From Eledone cirrhosa (lineage: Eukaryota), in NCBI GenBank assembly GCA_964016885.1, contig OZ024745.1:36270001-36334000 (forward strand): a stretch of 64,000 bases of DNA, in the 5' to 3' direction. Of the stretch, positions 27,603-44,095 are shown piece by piece. How positions within the stretch are numbered: the first letter of the stretch is position 1; every line of letters begins with the position of its first letter. Below the pieces are notes generated by a model. The model had not been told where the DNA came from and did not search any database. It was given only the letters and a program-made list of their open reading frames with translations. Position numbers and translations under genes: made by a program.

Positions 27603-30059
27603 TATATATATGTATGCATATATATATATGCAAAAATATATATATATATATGTGTATACACACATATATATATATATATGTGTATACATATATATATGCA
27701 TATATATATGTATATATATATATATATATATATGTGTGTATACATATATATATATGTATATGTGTATATATATATATATATAATATATATATATACTATA
27801 TGAACGCATAAGAAGAAAACACAAATGATCTATACTAATATATACATGCAAAGGTTTCTTTAAAAAATTCATTGGTATCACTCAAGTATACCAGTTTCTA
27901 TGCCTGAAGTAATTTTATCATCCCTCTATGCAATGATCCAATGGTTTTATTCAGAGAAATTCAAAATACAATGCACGTTCACTGTAAGACATCCAAGAAT
28001 TACACATAAAGCCATACACAGATAAATAACCTATAATTATTCTTAGACATATCACTATTATAACTATTGCGAACAATATATCTTGCCACATGTATACATA
28101 CACATTTCTCTATATAATTTAGCTTAGAATACAGAATATCACGTAAGACAAACTAATTAATTGTTACTTTTAATATAATTAATATTATTATTTGGTAATC
28201 CTTTTGATATATTTTCACATATTCATTTCTGTAGAAGGATTTACGCATCTCAGCTAAGGTATGTGCTGCAACACATCCTTTAGAGATGAATGAACCGCAA
28301 GCAGGTTTGCACAGTTACAGATCTCGCTTAACTATTATGTGCTTCCGTGTTCGATCGCACAATGCGGTATGACAGATCGAACAAGTGTCTTTTCAAGCAT
28401 AGTCTTTTGTCAGGTGATAACGTATGAGGGGAATTCGATGGGACCAAATTAAGTTAACGTCAGTCTCTCCAACGATAGCTGTGATACAATCACAGATATA
28501 ACCACTCGTATCTTTATTATACATAGAAATAACCTATAGGATTCCATATACACTGCTATTATGCTATTATTAATTAGACTACTTTTATGCTGCTGTTAAT
28601 ATATATACATATGAAACGTTGCTCTTAATAACAAATAAACGGGAAAACGAGGAAATGTTAAAAGAAATATTAAAAAGATTAAAAACCTTAAGATATAGAA
28701 AATGTATGCGTTTAATATGCTTTGTTAGATATTTTTCTAGTGCTGGCTGGATTAATATATAGCAATAAGCGTATTGGAATATTATACTGACTATAATAGA
28801 GTAAAATAAATTGTATTTTATAAAAATAATTAATTGAGATTTTCTCTGTGTAAACTGCGTAAACAAATAAGATAACATTTTTGGTTAGAAAATAGATTTC
28901 ATAATCTAAGAGTGAACTCAATTTTAACACGTTAAATCATTAAATTGTGGAGAAGACCTATTAAAGTGAATCTTGGTATAAAAGCATTTATCTTTCCTTT
29001 CAACATATTGATTTCTTAATTAAGTTACAAAACTTCCAGGTCTATAAAAGTGTTTCTGTAACAATTAGTTTTTAGTTCTATCTCCTTTCAGCGACTTCAG
29101 CAACGAGAATTGTTTGAAATCAGAAAACCACGCCCGCTCTTCCCAATGATACTCAGTTTATATTACATGGCCCCCAATCAACCAAGATTCACTAGACATA
29201 ATAAAAAACGTCTAACTGAGATAAACTCGTCTTTTCTTCAGACAGAAAATGTTGGACTGCAGAACATGATATGATCTTCCTTGTTGTAAAAACTGATTCC
29301 AATTCATTGAGTTTTGGCTACTATGCCTTACAGCTGTAAGCACACTGTAGATACTCCCCTCTCTACTCAACATTCTAATTACACTTGAAGAAGGAACCTC
29401 GTGATGTGGAAGGCTGAGATATGCCATCGAGCCAAGAGTGTGGAATTTTTTCCATTTTTCCATTTCCCTTGTTTCTCCATTTATTTATTTGTGGACGAAT
29501 TATTTTTTTATACAGATTTCCTTATGTACACGTCATTATTCATGTCAATCAAGTAATCAACGGAAGGATTTGTTTAAGAAAGAAACACCAAGAATCAGAA
29601 ATATTCAGTTATATTACGAATAGTGTACAATTGAGGGTAATCTGTGCAGTTTCAATAAGTTTATATCTATCCGTCTGATACATATATTGCATTGATTAAG
29701 TCATAACTATTGAAAAGTATCTAGCTATCATAAATCAATAGTTGCGCTATGAAAGAGAGAATCACTCGATCTATGATTACGGTTTACATAATGATTATCT
29801 TCAAATCTGCCAAGTTTGTATAAAATGGTTATTTAAAAATATTTATCAATTTCTAAAGTAATATGCACAAATATGTCTGTGTCAGTTTGCGAGTGTGTAC
29901 TTGTACATATATGTATGTGTGTACGTATATATTTATTTATACATATATATATACATAACTACATAATCACGCACACACACAGATATATATATATATATAT
30001 AATTATATATGTTTGTGTATATATATATATGTATATATATATATGTATATATATATATA

Positions 30060-30119
<60 letters not shown>

Positions 30120-30125
30120 TATATA

Positions 30126-30225
<100 letters not shown>

Positions 30226-30232
30226 TGTATAA

Positions 30233-30378
<146 letters not shown>

Positions 30379-30939
30379 ATATATATATAAATTCATACAT
30401 ACATATATAGTGAGTGAAGAGTGGAAAATAACACTTAAACCGAAAACATGACATATTACCAGATACTGGTTTAACGGTCATAATGTGAAAATAACAATAA
30501 TATCATTTCAGTTTACTAATTCCAGTAGTTTGTAGAGCGTATACGAAACAGATTATTGGAAAACACGAAAGCTAAATATCGTTGATGAGACATTTTATAT
30601 TTGATTGTGTTGCCTGTGAGTATATGTTTGCCTAGAAGTCGTTGGAAAGAAATGGCATTTGTGACCAAATTGCTACATTATGGGGAGGTAGGTCGAACCA
30701 TTTGTACCGCGAACATGCTGCTAGGTTTTTTTGCATGCGTGTAACTTTTAGTGGGCTTAGAGGGCGTGTGGCTGCATGTTAGGAGGTGTGGAAAACAGAA
30801 AATGATATATTCTGCACCTTTTAATCCACATTAGTTCGATCCCCGTGATGGAGTGGGATCCCAACAGATTAAAGATGTTAGTTGGATGTACAGGTGGCCG
30901 AAGGTGACGCAAAATATCAATATTTTTATCAAGGGTAAT

Positions 30940-31330
30940 CATCATTACCATCCCGGTTATCACCACCATCATCATCATCATCATAATATGCTAATCCCCA
31001 CTATCACAATCAGCACCAGTATCATCAAAAGCATTACCAACATCATCACCCCTCTTATTATCACAATCCTCATCATCAGTATCGACATCGTCATTTTTAC
31101 CTCGACCATTATTATTATCATCATAATTATCAACGTCACCATCATCCTCATTAACTTTCCCCATCGACATCATCAGTATCAACATCGCTATTATCACAAC
31201 CATTATAAATATAATATTCGTCATAGACGTCATCATCCCGATATCCAACTTCATCATTATCATCACTGCCATCATCATCACCATCATCATCTTCATCATC
31301 ATCGTCTTCGTCGTCTCCGTCTCCACCAAC
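30940..31330. repeat. Degenerate (CAT)n low-complexity tract
   Basis: Imperfect cat/tat/cac runs; source of the His-, Ile- and Met-rich ORFs. Confidence 0.85.
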
Positions 31331-32303
31331 GCCCCGTCTCTATCTTCATAATCAACGTTGTAACCATCACTATCTGTATCCCCACTTTCATATTAAGAAC
31401 ATAGTCATCATACTATTCAAAGGTGTGTGATCTCTTTGAAAAACATGCCTCAATTGAGAATCTGAGATTATTCAAATTCATAATTTGTATTCTGTTTCAT
31501 GACAAATAATTAGTGGTTCATCTTAATACTCTATTGATAATAAACTTAATGTTTCCTTCAAGCGTACAAGCGAAGAACGATTATATAATGTATTTTATCG
31601 ATGAAAAGAATCGTATGAAAGATTTCTAGTATTAAAAATAGTGTGATGAAATTCTATAGTGGCAATATGAGCTAGAACATAACAGCATTAAATAATTGAC
31701 GAAAGGTAAAAAAATATGTGGGTTACATTGAAAATAACTTGAAAGACAGAGAAAAAAACATGAGCAAAAGCGGACATAAAAATCTGAATTTTAAATATAT
31801 GAATATCTTTCGGAAAATGCAAGATGAAAACGTATATATAAACACGGAACAAACATTGATACAAATACTTAGACAACACTCTATCCTTTTCTCTCTACCT
31901 ATTTATAAGGACTCCAACATTTGGGTTTTTTTTTCTTTTTACCGTGTACCCAGTGAAATACTTTCATATTTCTACTACCATCAACCGCAGAAAAACACAT
32001 AAAGCATACATCGACCTGCGTTAGTTATAATCCGTCAATTTTCATTGATTTGTTCTCTCTTTTATTTCTACTCAACACAATATTATGACAGATTTGTCAA
32101 CGATATTGCATCAATGTTCCTTCATACATTAACAATATTTTTACAAATGTGTATCAATCCTCCAACATAATATACATTTACAGTAAAGGTATAGCATAAG
32201 GAAATAAATATAACTTATACCCACTATATCGACGATTCATTAGAAAGTATGACCTGCATCAGCTCAATATAAGATTATAGAAAATTGTGTCCTGTTGTGA
32301 ATT

Positions 32304-32356
<53 letters not shown>

Positions 32357-32403
32357 CACACACACACACACACACACACGCACGCACACACACACGCACA
32401 CAT

Positions 32404-32461
<58 letters not shown>

Positions 32462-32847
32462 GGAGCTGACTATAAAAGAGTGATGCTAGAATTGTGTAAT
32501 CTTGCATAGATTTATGTCAAAGCTTTTTTATTAATAACTGTAGGACTTTTTCTTTCTAGGTAAGCTGATATCTGACTGTTCAAAGAAGATTTAAAAAGTA
32601 ACAAGTAGCGACTAATTTTGAAGATGGCCAAATGTGGCAGCACGCTGTTATTACGTCTCTGCAGAAAAAGAACATTCAGAAGCGTCCCCACACACATGCA
32701 CACACAAAAAACCTAAAACCTCAATGGTTATACGCACACATATCAGTGTGCACAGACCAACTACATAAGACTCTGAGATATCCACGTGTCCACAGCCACT
32801 CACACACACAGACTGAAGCCACGCACATCTACCGCTTTCCTCCCTTC

Positions 32848-32955
32848 GGCACAGACTATGACACACCTGTATCCTCCACTTTGGCACAGACTATGACACA
32901 CCTGTATCCTCCACTTTGGCACAGACTATGACACACCTGTATCCTCCACTTTGGC
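32848..32955 (+). repeat. 35-bp tandem repeat, three copies
   Basis: Unit ggcacagactatgacacacctgtatcctccacttt. Confidence 0.95.
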
Positions 32956-33182
32956 CCTCCATGCCAGACCTTTCACCTACCTGCCCCCATCTACCTTCTC
33001 CCAACCCCATTTTCCTAACTTCCTTTTCGAACTCTCCAACGCTACCCATGCATCTACCGTATCCAATATTTTCTGATGGACTTCTGTCCGAAACGTTGAA
33101 CCCTCCTCCTCTTCCTTCAAGTACGAACCTAATATAACTGCAATTTTGCATTCCTGTGTTTCTTTTGTTCTGTTTCATTTGT

Positions 33183-33268
<86 letters not shown>

Positions 33269-33364
33269 GAACGATCGACTTTCGTCAAATCGGACCGTGG
33301 AAACAATGTTTCCGTTGGTCTTTCCAATTGCTAATACTATCTATCGGTCGCAACTCCAGGTAGT

Positions 33365-33642
33365 TATATGAAAAGAAATAGGATTTCGCTTCAAGCATAG
33401 CTTTATACAAATATGTATCGAAATTTCGTATTTTTAAAGAAAAAGGGTTTTAGGAAGCCGTAGCTATGCAAACACCGGCGCTAACGCCCTCTGGTGGTGT
33501 TGGTGTCCAGCAGATGCAAGGGGTCAAACGTCTATGCATTTTGGCTTGACTGGCCTTTGTCAGGACTGTCCCTCCCACCGCTTGCAACTGGTGGACTTGA
33601 AAACAGTCGAGAATATGTAGTTTTCTCGTCTGTGTATATGAG

Positions 33643-33647
<5 letters not shown>
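33365..33647 (-). mobile_element. Older family B copy with a decayed HHR
   Basis: Homologous to 52803-53570; the core reads CTGACAA...AAAATGCATA. Confidence 0.75.
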
Positions 33648-33689
<42 letters not shown>

Positions 33690-33842
33690 GTATATATATA
33701 TGTATATATATGTAAATGAGGTGATATATATATATGTATATATATATATCACCTCATTTACATATATATATAATAAATATATATATGTATATATATATAT
33801 CACCTCATTTACATATATATATAATAAATATATATATGTATA

Positions 33843-33919
<77 letters not shown>

Positions 33920-34423
33920 ATGTATTGTGTGCTTATTCGATTTGTGCTATCTATGCAATTTTTTGAATGATATACACATACTGAATTCATTTGCCAAAAT
34001 ATGGGAAATTTCCACTTGTGACCTACGCATGTCCCTTTACTAAGCTCGTTACAGAGCAATATTACCTGTTGATAACGTGTTATTCCTTGTTCGATCTTTA
34101 TGCTGAAATCTTATAGTTTTAAGCAGATATTATTATTGATTTAGGTGTCATAGAAACCTTGCATTTGGATTTTACCACCAATTCCATTTGGGTCCAGGTT
34201 TTTATCATTTATTTTGTTTGACCTGTTTAGCTTGATTTGTTTTTTGGCTGAGGTGGTTAATGCCTTCTTAACCACTTTTTCAGTTTGTATGGCCTTTTAA
34301 CATATTGTTTAGGTCTAGTTTTTTTAACTATTGAGCGCTTGCCAGCATTTCTACGATTTTGCGTTTCGTTTCGCTTTTCTACCAGCCGAAATACGATTCT
34401 CGCTGTATTTTATTTGTATATAT

Positions 34424-34457
<34 letters not shown>

Positions 34458-34464
34458 TATATAT

Positions 34465-35346
<882 letters not shown>

Positions 35347-35347
35347 G

Positions 35348-35381
<34 letters not shown>

Positions 35382-36190
35382 CAGAGAGTCAGGAGAGAGA
35401 GATTCATATGTACATACGTACATATAGATATGTGTGCAATTGTGTGTCTGTGTCTGTGTCTGTGTGTTCGAGAGGGTGTGTGGGCGGTTATCGATATATC
35501 CATTAACTAATTAATAGGCTATCCCAAAACAACTTAATTTCTTGAAGGTGGCGACTTAACATTGCCACATTCCAATGACTGAAACTATTACGAGTAGAAG
35601 TATATTTGATATATAACACCACGCAGTCGCTATATGTACATTTCTGTGTGTTTCCTTGGGTTCCGCAACAGCAGTAATCGAAATTACCTTCTCTTAATTC
35701 AAACTTATACTTCAAATGTAATGTATAAAATTACATAATTTTATTTCCTAATTTAATACATATCCAATTCACCTTCGTTTAAATTAATGTAAATGAGTAT
35801 TCAAACCACATTTGAATTTCAAATTTGTATTAGTCTTTTCCAATTTATTGTATGTTATTCATGTATCCAGGACATTATGTTTGATTACAATTTGTCAGTC
35901 ATAAAATTCTAATGACGTTTAACGTATAGTTGAGTGAAAGAAATTCTTACATTCGAAAGCTTCATTCAAAAGAAGTGAAACTAACCTGGAAAGTTACTAA
36001 ATATTTATAGTCTATTTTAATCAATTAATGTTGACCAATATATCTGGTTTGGAGACAGGATATTTGTTTCAATGTCGCATGTGTTTCGTTGCCTGCATCG
36101 GTGGATAGGCCTGCTAGCACTCCTGTGCCTTTGGCAGATAATGTAACTACTTGATGGGACGTCAACTCTTGCTCTCTGACATGAACTAAC

Positions 36191-36222
<32 letters not shown>

Positions 36223-36763
36223 TTATGTGTGTACGGAAGCAGGTATGTATGTGTGTAGGTATATATGCACGTATGCATGTATGTGTTTGTATATAGTAAG
36301 TAAATTCATGTTATATAAGAGTGGAACACTCTAGTCATTTATCAATTTCATATTCAAGAAATATATGAATGATCAGCGTTGTTCAGACGTAACATTTGTT
36401 ATTTATACTAGAAGAGAGATGTGTAATTCATCGAAATGTAGAAATAATGGTGTAATACATGTATTTATTATCACTATTATAAGATCTTTGTAGCTCCTAA
36501 ATATTCAATTGTCCCTAGCTAGCAACCTCTAATAGCACTGCTTCATATTAAAGGCGTTGTAACCGCGGCAGTATTTTTAGAATGTTATCGCAATGCTGAG
36601 TTCTTATATAGATATAAGACCACAAATGGGGAAAGATGGAGCATGATTGATTACTTCTATCTCAATTCTTTAGTGGCTCTTTATCTTACTGAATTGAAAA
36701 TATGAAAAGCAACATTTTGAGGTTCACTTGCTTAGAATACTTATTTTATTCACCCTTTTTACC

Positions 36764-36822
<59 letters not shown>

Positions 36823-38624
36823 ATGCATACTATTTCCAAATAATGTTGAATATCAAGAATTTAGGGGGATGAAGATGTTTGGAGGATAAATTAACAAATC
36901 TTATGATATAAGAATATATTGGAAGATTATTAGATAAATGTATACAATTAAAAAAAGGGTTTTGTACATTAGAAGCAGAGGTAGTTTCATGCAGCTCAGT
37001 ATCAAAATGTTAATGTAACATTTAATTCTAATTGACTAATAATAATACCTTCTCCTATTTTCTGAGCGCTAAATATTTACTGTTATTCCAATTTCAATGT
37101 GTAACTAATCCTTACCAATAATCGACAGATACGCATTTCATGAACATTGGATCTTGTTGGTATCTGTATACTCAATATAGACAAAAATCTTGTCCATCAT
37201 ATTTATTCTGTCCTTCACAAGCCTCACCTTATATATATGCATTGAATAAATTCTAATCCTAAAATATGAATAAACAAACCATAGAAATGTGAACAATAAA
37301 AACACTTGAAAATAACAATTAATATGAAATCGTACCAATAAATGAAAGAACTCATGTGTTTAAAGGATGTTTCTTTTGTATAATACGGATATTCAAAACA
37401 AACAGTAAAATAGTGCTTTTATACATCAGATTGTCTTTAGATTTCGATAAAATTATCTTTTAAAAAACATAAATAGGAAGTTTATAAATACTGAAAATGT
37501 GAAAGCATGTTATTTAGAAAGTTTAATACGCGAAAACAGTTATTCATCAATCAAATGTTTTTAAATCTGTTTTTCGGAGCTATTCTGGTCGTTTCGAGTT
37601 TGAAAATTCCATTGTAATTTAAAAACCTTTGTATTAAGTTTATTTATGTAATTTGAAATCAATATGAAAATATACTATTCATTGTATTAGAAAGAAAACT
37701 TCAGATTTATGATCACTTCATTTGTAATATATATTTTTTCATCTAATCAGAGATCTTCCCAGTTAGCCAAGTTGATACGCTATCAGTCTTTAGGAGGAAA
37801 ACATTTCGGTTCAAATCACACTATTATTAGATCACTAAATTTATTGGAAGATACATTCCGAGTGGTCCAGTATGTCGTACTATACACACATACAAATCGT
37901 CGCTAATTAGTGATCCTCTAATATACTGAAATTGATTTATCCTGAACTATTAAGATGTATTTATGCCAGTTCAAATCACAGGCCCAATCTGCTTAGCTAC
38001 ATATAGAAATGATATTAAAGTACATATTCCCTTTAGACACAACATTCAGTGTCAATGATAGCGAACTTAAATCCCAGCATGTGAAATCAAGAAAATCATG
38101 TTTGTCTAGTTCTCTTTCTTTCAGTTTATAAATTTACAATACTTAATTGAATTATAAGAACCGAATGTGTGTTAATACATTACTGTACTTTATAAATGCT
38201 TTATGATCCAAAACTACTTACCGTCTTTCATATAGGATTTTCAGGGAATCTCATTTTACGTTAATCCCATTTTCACTAAACAGAAAGAAATTAGCTATAA
38301 AGATCTCATTTTGTATGCAGGAATATTATATTGTGAATAATATTATGTTTCTAAAATCTTCATTCTTAATATTTGAATCAGTTAAGTGAAAATAAAATTC
38401 ACTTTTCACGACAGCTTTTTTTAATGCTCATTTAATCGCCAAAGTTTAAATAGTCTACAATTTACCACATAAACCAGGAAAGTCCCATTAGCGAAAAACC
38501 CTTTTATATAAAAATGTTAAATCAATTTAGTCGGACTTTAAATACGTTTGATAAGTTTTGATCAACATAAATATAACACGCCACCTTTATCAATCACACT
38601 TAAAGATGTATAGATTGTAATTCT

Positions 38625-38810
38625 TCGTAACATTAGTAGAAGCCCAACAATTTGGGGTAAGGGAAATCTTCATTGGCACTTTATTCTATCGACCCAGATG
38701 GATGAAAAGGAAGAGTGTGCGGCGGGATTTGCACGCAGAATGTAAGGGACCATAACTACATGCTGCAATGCATTTTGTGTGCCATTCTAACGGATCTGCC
38801 AGTGCACCAA
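38625..38810 (-). mobile_element. Octopus-type SINE, decayed
   Basis: Same family as 8834-8990 (atcgacccagatggatgaaaagg...gatttgcacgcagaatgtaag...ctaacggatctgccag). Confidence 0.6.
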
Positions 38811-39110
38811 CTTTGTTTAAAATGTAATTGAAGATGAATAATCAGACTATCATTTCTATTAAGTGTTTTCGAAATTATCAAGCTTTTTATACTCGATATT
38901 CTGAGTCAATACTGGCCTTCAGATAATCAATCCATACGTTACTCCTTCACAATTATTCGTGTCGTTCCTACATCATGTCCTCGAACACCTCATTCAAGGG
39001 ATACGGAGTTTGGATTTGTAGTGGGTCAAAGTGTTCTGTCCTTTAAGGTACTTTACTCGATTTTCTGTAGGTATTCTTTTATAGTGATTGTGTATTTGTG
39101 GATTTCAACC

Positions 39111-39251
<141 letters not shown>

Positions 39252-39339
39252 GAAGTTGTATTTAATTTGTTGGAATTCCGATAAAGATAAATGTTTATAA
39301 CTGATTTAGAGCACTCAACAGTTACTGGAGTAAATATTC

Positions 39340-39664
39340 AATGATATTAAATCAAGTTAGTAGGACTTTACATAAATGGAAACTATATTTATAGAACCAT
39401 ATTTATTTTATTATATATATTTCAAGGGCAACATATTCATTTGCATATTCATACATAACTTTGAATATTCCCTAATATGTTTCCACTATCCAGTGAATTC
39501 CCGACAGAAAAAGGTTGAATCTTCATGGGTCCGTCTATATTTATAAAACAAACTTTGTATTTTATCTGATGAAAGCGGACCAAGATGGCTTGGTTGCCCT
39601 TGAAATATATATAATAAAATAAATATGGTTCTATAAATATAGTTTCCATTTATTTAATATCATG
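39340..39664. mobile_element. Family C element with inverted 5' arm and an intact HHR at 39558-39621 (+)
   Basis: tattttat-CTGATGA-aagcg.gaccaag.atgg.cttggtt.gccctt-GAAAT-atat-ATA-ataaaata; 39372-39432 is its inverted copy. Confidence 0.8.
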
Positions 39665-39930
39665 GTATATATATATATATATATATTTAAGAAATGTTTC
39701 TTGTATTCTCTGAGCATTTTGAATACATATGAATTTTCTGTCAAAATCTCTTCTTATATATATGTTCCTTATTTAGGCGCGAGGGTGTACGTAGAAGTGG
39801 CGTTCAATATGTCAAGATTCAATTCAATTTACATGGTTAAAAATATAAAATGTTCTTACTATTCATAATAATTGTCCAGATGCCATTTTTTATGTATATA
39901 TATATATATATATATGTATGTGTTTGTGTG

Positions 39931-39968
<38 letters not shown>

Positions 39969-40032
39969 AGGGTTTTTTTACAAAATGAAAAATAACCGAG
40001 GTGTCCTACACGAGTGAAAGTATAAAGAAAAA

Positions 40033-40245
40033 AAGATGAAATCGAAAATGCAACTGCAGTCTTATTTTAAAAAAAATATATATATTTATTTGGTTCCTTT
40101 TCTGACATCTGTGAGAATAACCACAGACCCTCCATCTCAACTCTACTTTTGAAAAGCAGAAGAATTGCGAAACCGGTAAAGGAACCAAATAATTATGTAT
40201 ATATTTGTTTAAATAAGACTCCAGTCGCACTTTCGATTTCATCTT

Positions 40246-40250
<5 letters not shown>
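40033..40250. mobile_element. Fold-back element with a decayed HHR at 40146-40181 (+)
   Basis: Arms about 40033-40100/40178-40247; ctt-TTGAAAA-gca...tgc-GAAAC-cg-GTA-aag. Confidence 0.6.
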
Positions 40251-40315
<65 letters not shown>

Positions 40316-42810
40316 AATAATGGAGCTGCGGCGTTGCAAATGGGTTACATATGAAAAAGTTTGTCCTTCATCAGTGGCCTTCCAACCGTCGTAGGCATTA
40401 TACCTCAGGTTGGTGCGAGCAACGGCTAAAAAATGTCGTTGGGACACGTAAATAAAGGGGACGCTAGAGTAAACAAACAAAATGGTTTAAGCAACAGAAA
40501 GTGATGAAGAAGAAAGAAACAAGTTCCAGATTTCTATGAATATAAATTCGGTGGAATCGTGAACGAGAGAATATATATATGCTTGGGACAATATATATAT
40601 GCTTGGGACAATATATATATGCTTGGGAATATATATATGTTTGGGACAACGCTGATATTTTGGGAATGAACCTATTGTTTTTAAATGCAAGGAGTACACT
40701 TTATTTCTGGACTTTGTACTCTGCATAAAATCTGTTTTATAAATATATATATATATAGAGAGAGATGCTCTTTTGATTATCACTATTATATTTATTTTTG
40801 TCCGCTTTCCCAGCATGGTACACTACTGAACAATCAAACAATATTCTCTTAAATTATTTCCCTTTCAATTTTCCCTTCTCTTTTCCTTTTCTGTCTCTAC
40901 CAAGGAGCCACCTTGTGAAAAGTTACAATGTTTGTTTCACTTAGCCCCACAAAGTTAACTACAGTAAGTGTTCATTTTATCCGGTTTTTTTTTCGTTGTA
41001 GTTCGTTTTGTGTAGTTTTTGTTTTTGTCCAGCTTGACTAATATTTAACCGAATTTCATCTTGCCAATTTGTCCGTAACGGAATATCACTGCATATTAAA
41101 ATCTTGATAATATATTGAGAATAAATATCATGAATATAATTTGACAATATCTATGTAGATATTTTCCTTGGATAATTGAATTCGCAGAACTATTGGTAGA
41201 ACTATATCAATGATACGATAACTAGAAGATGCTTCGAATTTTCTTTAATTTTTAACTATTCGAAGTTTATTTTCCCCAACGCATTACGTCTTATGTTATT
41301 TGCTTTGAAGTTTATCGTTTGTCAGTGCATTTGATATTGCTAAATACCTTTTGATTACATATTTTCAAACATTACTGATTTCAAATCAAATAGTGATTTA
41401 TTAGGTGATTAGCTACAAATATATAATTAAACCATTGGATAAATATCTTATCAAGCCTGTTAAGTAAGTGAATATAATTAGTGTGGTCATACTAATGTGT
41501 TGTAATGTAAATAGCAAGATAATTGCGTTGAGGTATATCCTACGCATCTGTAAATTTAAAATTCAAAAGCTAACATATATTTCTGATATTATGACATTTA
41601 TACAATTTTCTTTTAACATGATTATATTGCAGTTAAGGTGGGTGTGTTGGTGATTATGTTATCTGATTGACGATCATATGTTCGATACCCGGTGGTTCGT
41701 CATAAACCTGAAACAGTCAAAATATTTCATGTTTTCCCATTTCTCTCAGCTAGAAAAAATGAGTTTTATATATAATTCAAAGGACCGTCCTTGTTGCACT
41801 CTCTATCACGTTGAATTACCCACGAGAACTACGTTAGGGCACACGTGTCTTTAGAATTCTCAACCGCTTGAGGGTATACTTTAGCAGCATATTGGTCCGA
41901 ATCAATTGAAACATTTGTGGTGAAAACCAACGCAAGTTCAACAACAATGACATAGTTAATTCATATAAACTCTACGCTTTCCGGCGAAGAATCGGCAAAG
42001 ACGTATAGCATTTAGAAATCACAGGCGATATATACAGATTTAATAAATTATGTAAAAATCGGTTTAATGTTGATAACTTTATCTGTTTTATCCGTTATAG
42101 TAGATCCTTGATTATATACATATTGATGTTTATTACATAATAAAATTAAAACGGTTCGTCTCATGTAGAAGCACATAAGTTATTTTGCACTGTTTGGCTA
42201 GCAAGAATAATTCTATTTGGGGCAAATATACCCCAAATATTGTAGTAATAGTTATAAACTCAATGATATGTATTTATAACAACGGCATATCTTCTTCGAA
42301 AGCAATTTCTCCCTTTTGCATCAAAATCAGGGGAGCGAATAATGTAATACCTTTTCTTATTCAGTTACACTCCTTTAGATTTTCAATTCAAACCTCTAGC
42401 AGAGATCTAATTTGCATTGTCAATTACTGGGAACGACGTAATTGACTGTGCCTTCTGAAAGAATTGTGGATGCATGCTTCTGTAGAAATACTTCTAATTT
42501 ATACTTCTAAACAATCGCCGTTCTGCACTAGAATTTCTGCTATTACATATAATTTCAAAGACTATTTAAAAGGTGATAGGTTTTCTAACCTAGGTTAAAG
42601 TCATTTTACGGAACATATATATAAAAATGTGGCATGGGCGATGATATTCTGGGATTACTTTAGAAATCAAAAGCAAAGTGGTTTAAACTCATTATCATTA
42701 CGACCAAAGAGAACATGCATATATATACTAGCAGAGGTACACGGTATAACTCTCAATGGAGTAGTCGTTCAAATGAACCGAAAGACTTCCGTTAAACACG
42801 ACTATAGAAA

Positions 42811-43093
42811 TAACAATTTATAGGTGTTGGCCCTAAAGTGGACCTTTGAACGTTCACTTTGAAATATCTCTGCGGCGGTGCTGCCAGCAAAGATGAATCC
42901 AGCGATAACAATTTATAGTTGGTGGCCCCGAAGAGGACCTTTCAACGTTCACTTTGAAATATCTCAGCGGTGGTGCTGCCAGCAAAGATGAACCCGATGG
43001 TAACAATTTAAACTTGGTGGCCCTGAAGACGGCCTTGGATCGTTCACTGTTAAAAGTTCCAGCGGCAGAGCTGTCAGCAAAGACGAATTCCGA
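42811..43093 (+). repeat. 95-bp tandem repeat, three diverged copies
   Basis: taacaattta recurs at 42811, 42906 and 43001. Confidence 0.9.
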
Positions 43094-43473
43094 TTAGAAG
43101 GTCCTTCACACCACTTTGGTGTCTCATATTTGCTTTGCTTGTTATTTGAGATTGTAACCTAGCAAAGCATGTAACAGTCGGTGGCCAAAGAAACGGCCTT
43201 GGCAAGATCACGCTGGAATGTCAAAACAATATGTCAATAAGATGTAGGGAAAAGTAGATTAATTAGGTTAAAACTACGGAACATCGATAGCAATGCGTAA
43301 TAGCAACGTATAAATGCAGAAAACGGAGACATTCAACATTTATAACGTATAGCAAAAGCAACCTCAGAGACGTACGTGGTATTGTCAAAAGGACAAAAAT
43401 AGCACACGGATACAGCAAATGTAAGCACTCACACAAAAAAAAAACGACGGTTACTTGTTGGTGGATGGGGTGC

Positions 43474-44095
43474 CTACAAAACTTCCTTAGAGACTATAGT
43501 TGGGGTTTTCTTGCGAGTTGCAAAAGCAAATAGGTTATGTCGGCTCCCCACTCGAGAGCAGCCAACATATAGTTAACCATGGGAGAAGCACGGTTCTTCT
43601 AAACTAAGCCCTACGACCGTTAGCGTCTGGTGCTGTTATTTGTTAATCGACATGGCGAAACTGAGCCGGAGAGCGAATTGCAGCCTCCTGAATGTGAACG
43701 GAATGTCTTTACTGGATGGAATGAGAGGTATCCTTGGTATGAAGACAGTATCCCCCTTACCACATCCTGTAAGTATTGTTGCCTGAATAACATGAGGCAT
43801 CGCCTTTTGGACGACCAGAGGAGTGCTGTTGGAAAGCCTTCGGGGTTCCAAATTACTGAGGAGCATGACAGGGGCACCTTTCTTAACTCACAGTAAGTGT
43901 GGTGGCAATCCGGTTGGGTCTAGGGAGATACGAAATTCTGTGGGGTAATCATTAACTTCGTCCGGATCAGCCATAGAGTCAAGGGACTTGTAGGCGTGCA
44001 GGTTTCCAGGCAAGCACAACGTAGTCGGAGGAGGGTCGTAGTTAAAGGCCTTCAACAACCATCGTGAGTTGCAAGTCCCAGAATTGCCACGTAAC
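43474..44095 (-). pseudogene. Helitron RepHel PIF1-like helicase C-terminus
   Basis: YPTEF..SLDPTGLPPHLL*VKKGAPVMLLSNL...VFIPRIPL...FRRLQFALRLSFAMSINK*QHQTL..VGL...CFSHG*LYVGCSRV...IVSKEVL*, with three in-frame stops. Confidence 0.92.

Noticed and set aside
29212-29463. Complex short ORF (also 15125, 20773, 21146, 48530)
   Set aside because: No recognisable domain or convincing splice signals; the lengths are compatible with chance.
30853-31404. His-rich 183-aa ORF
   Set aside because: Degenerate (CAT)n tract that is open in several frames.
40345-40378. Minus-strand CTGATGA (also about 55768)
   Set aside because: No downstream GAAA closing stem II could be placed.
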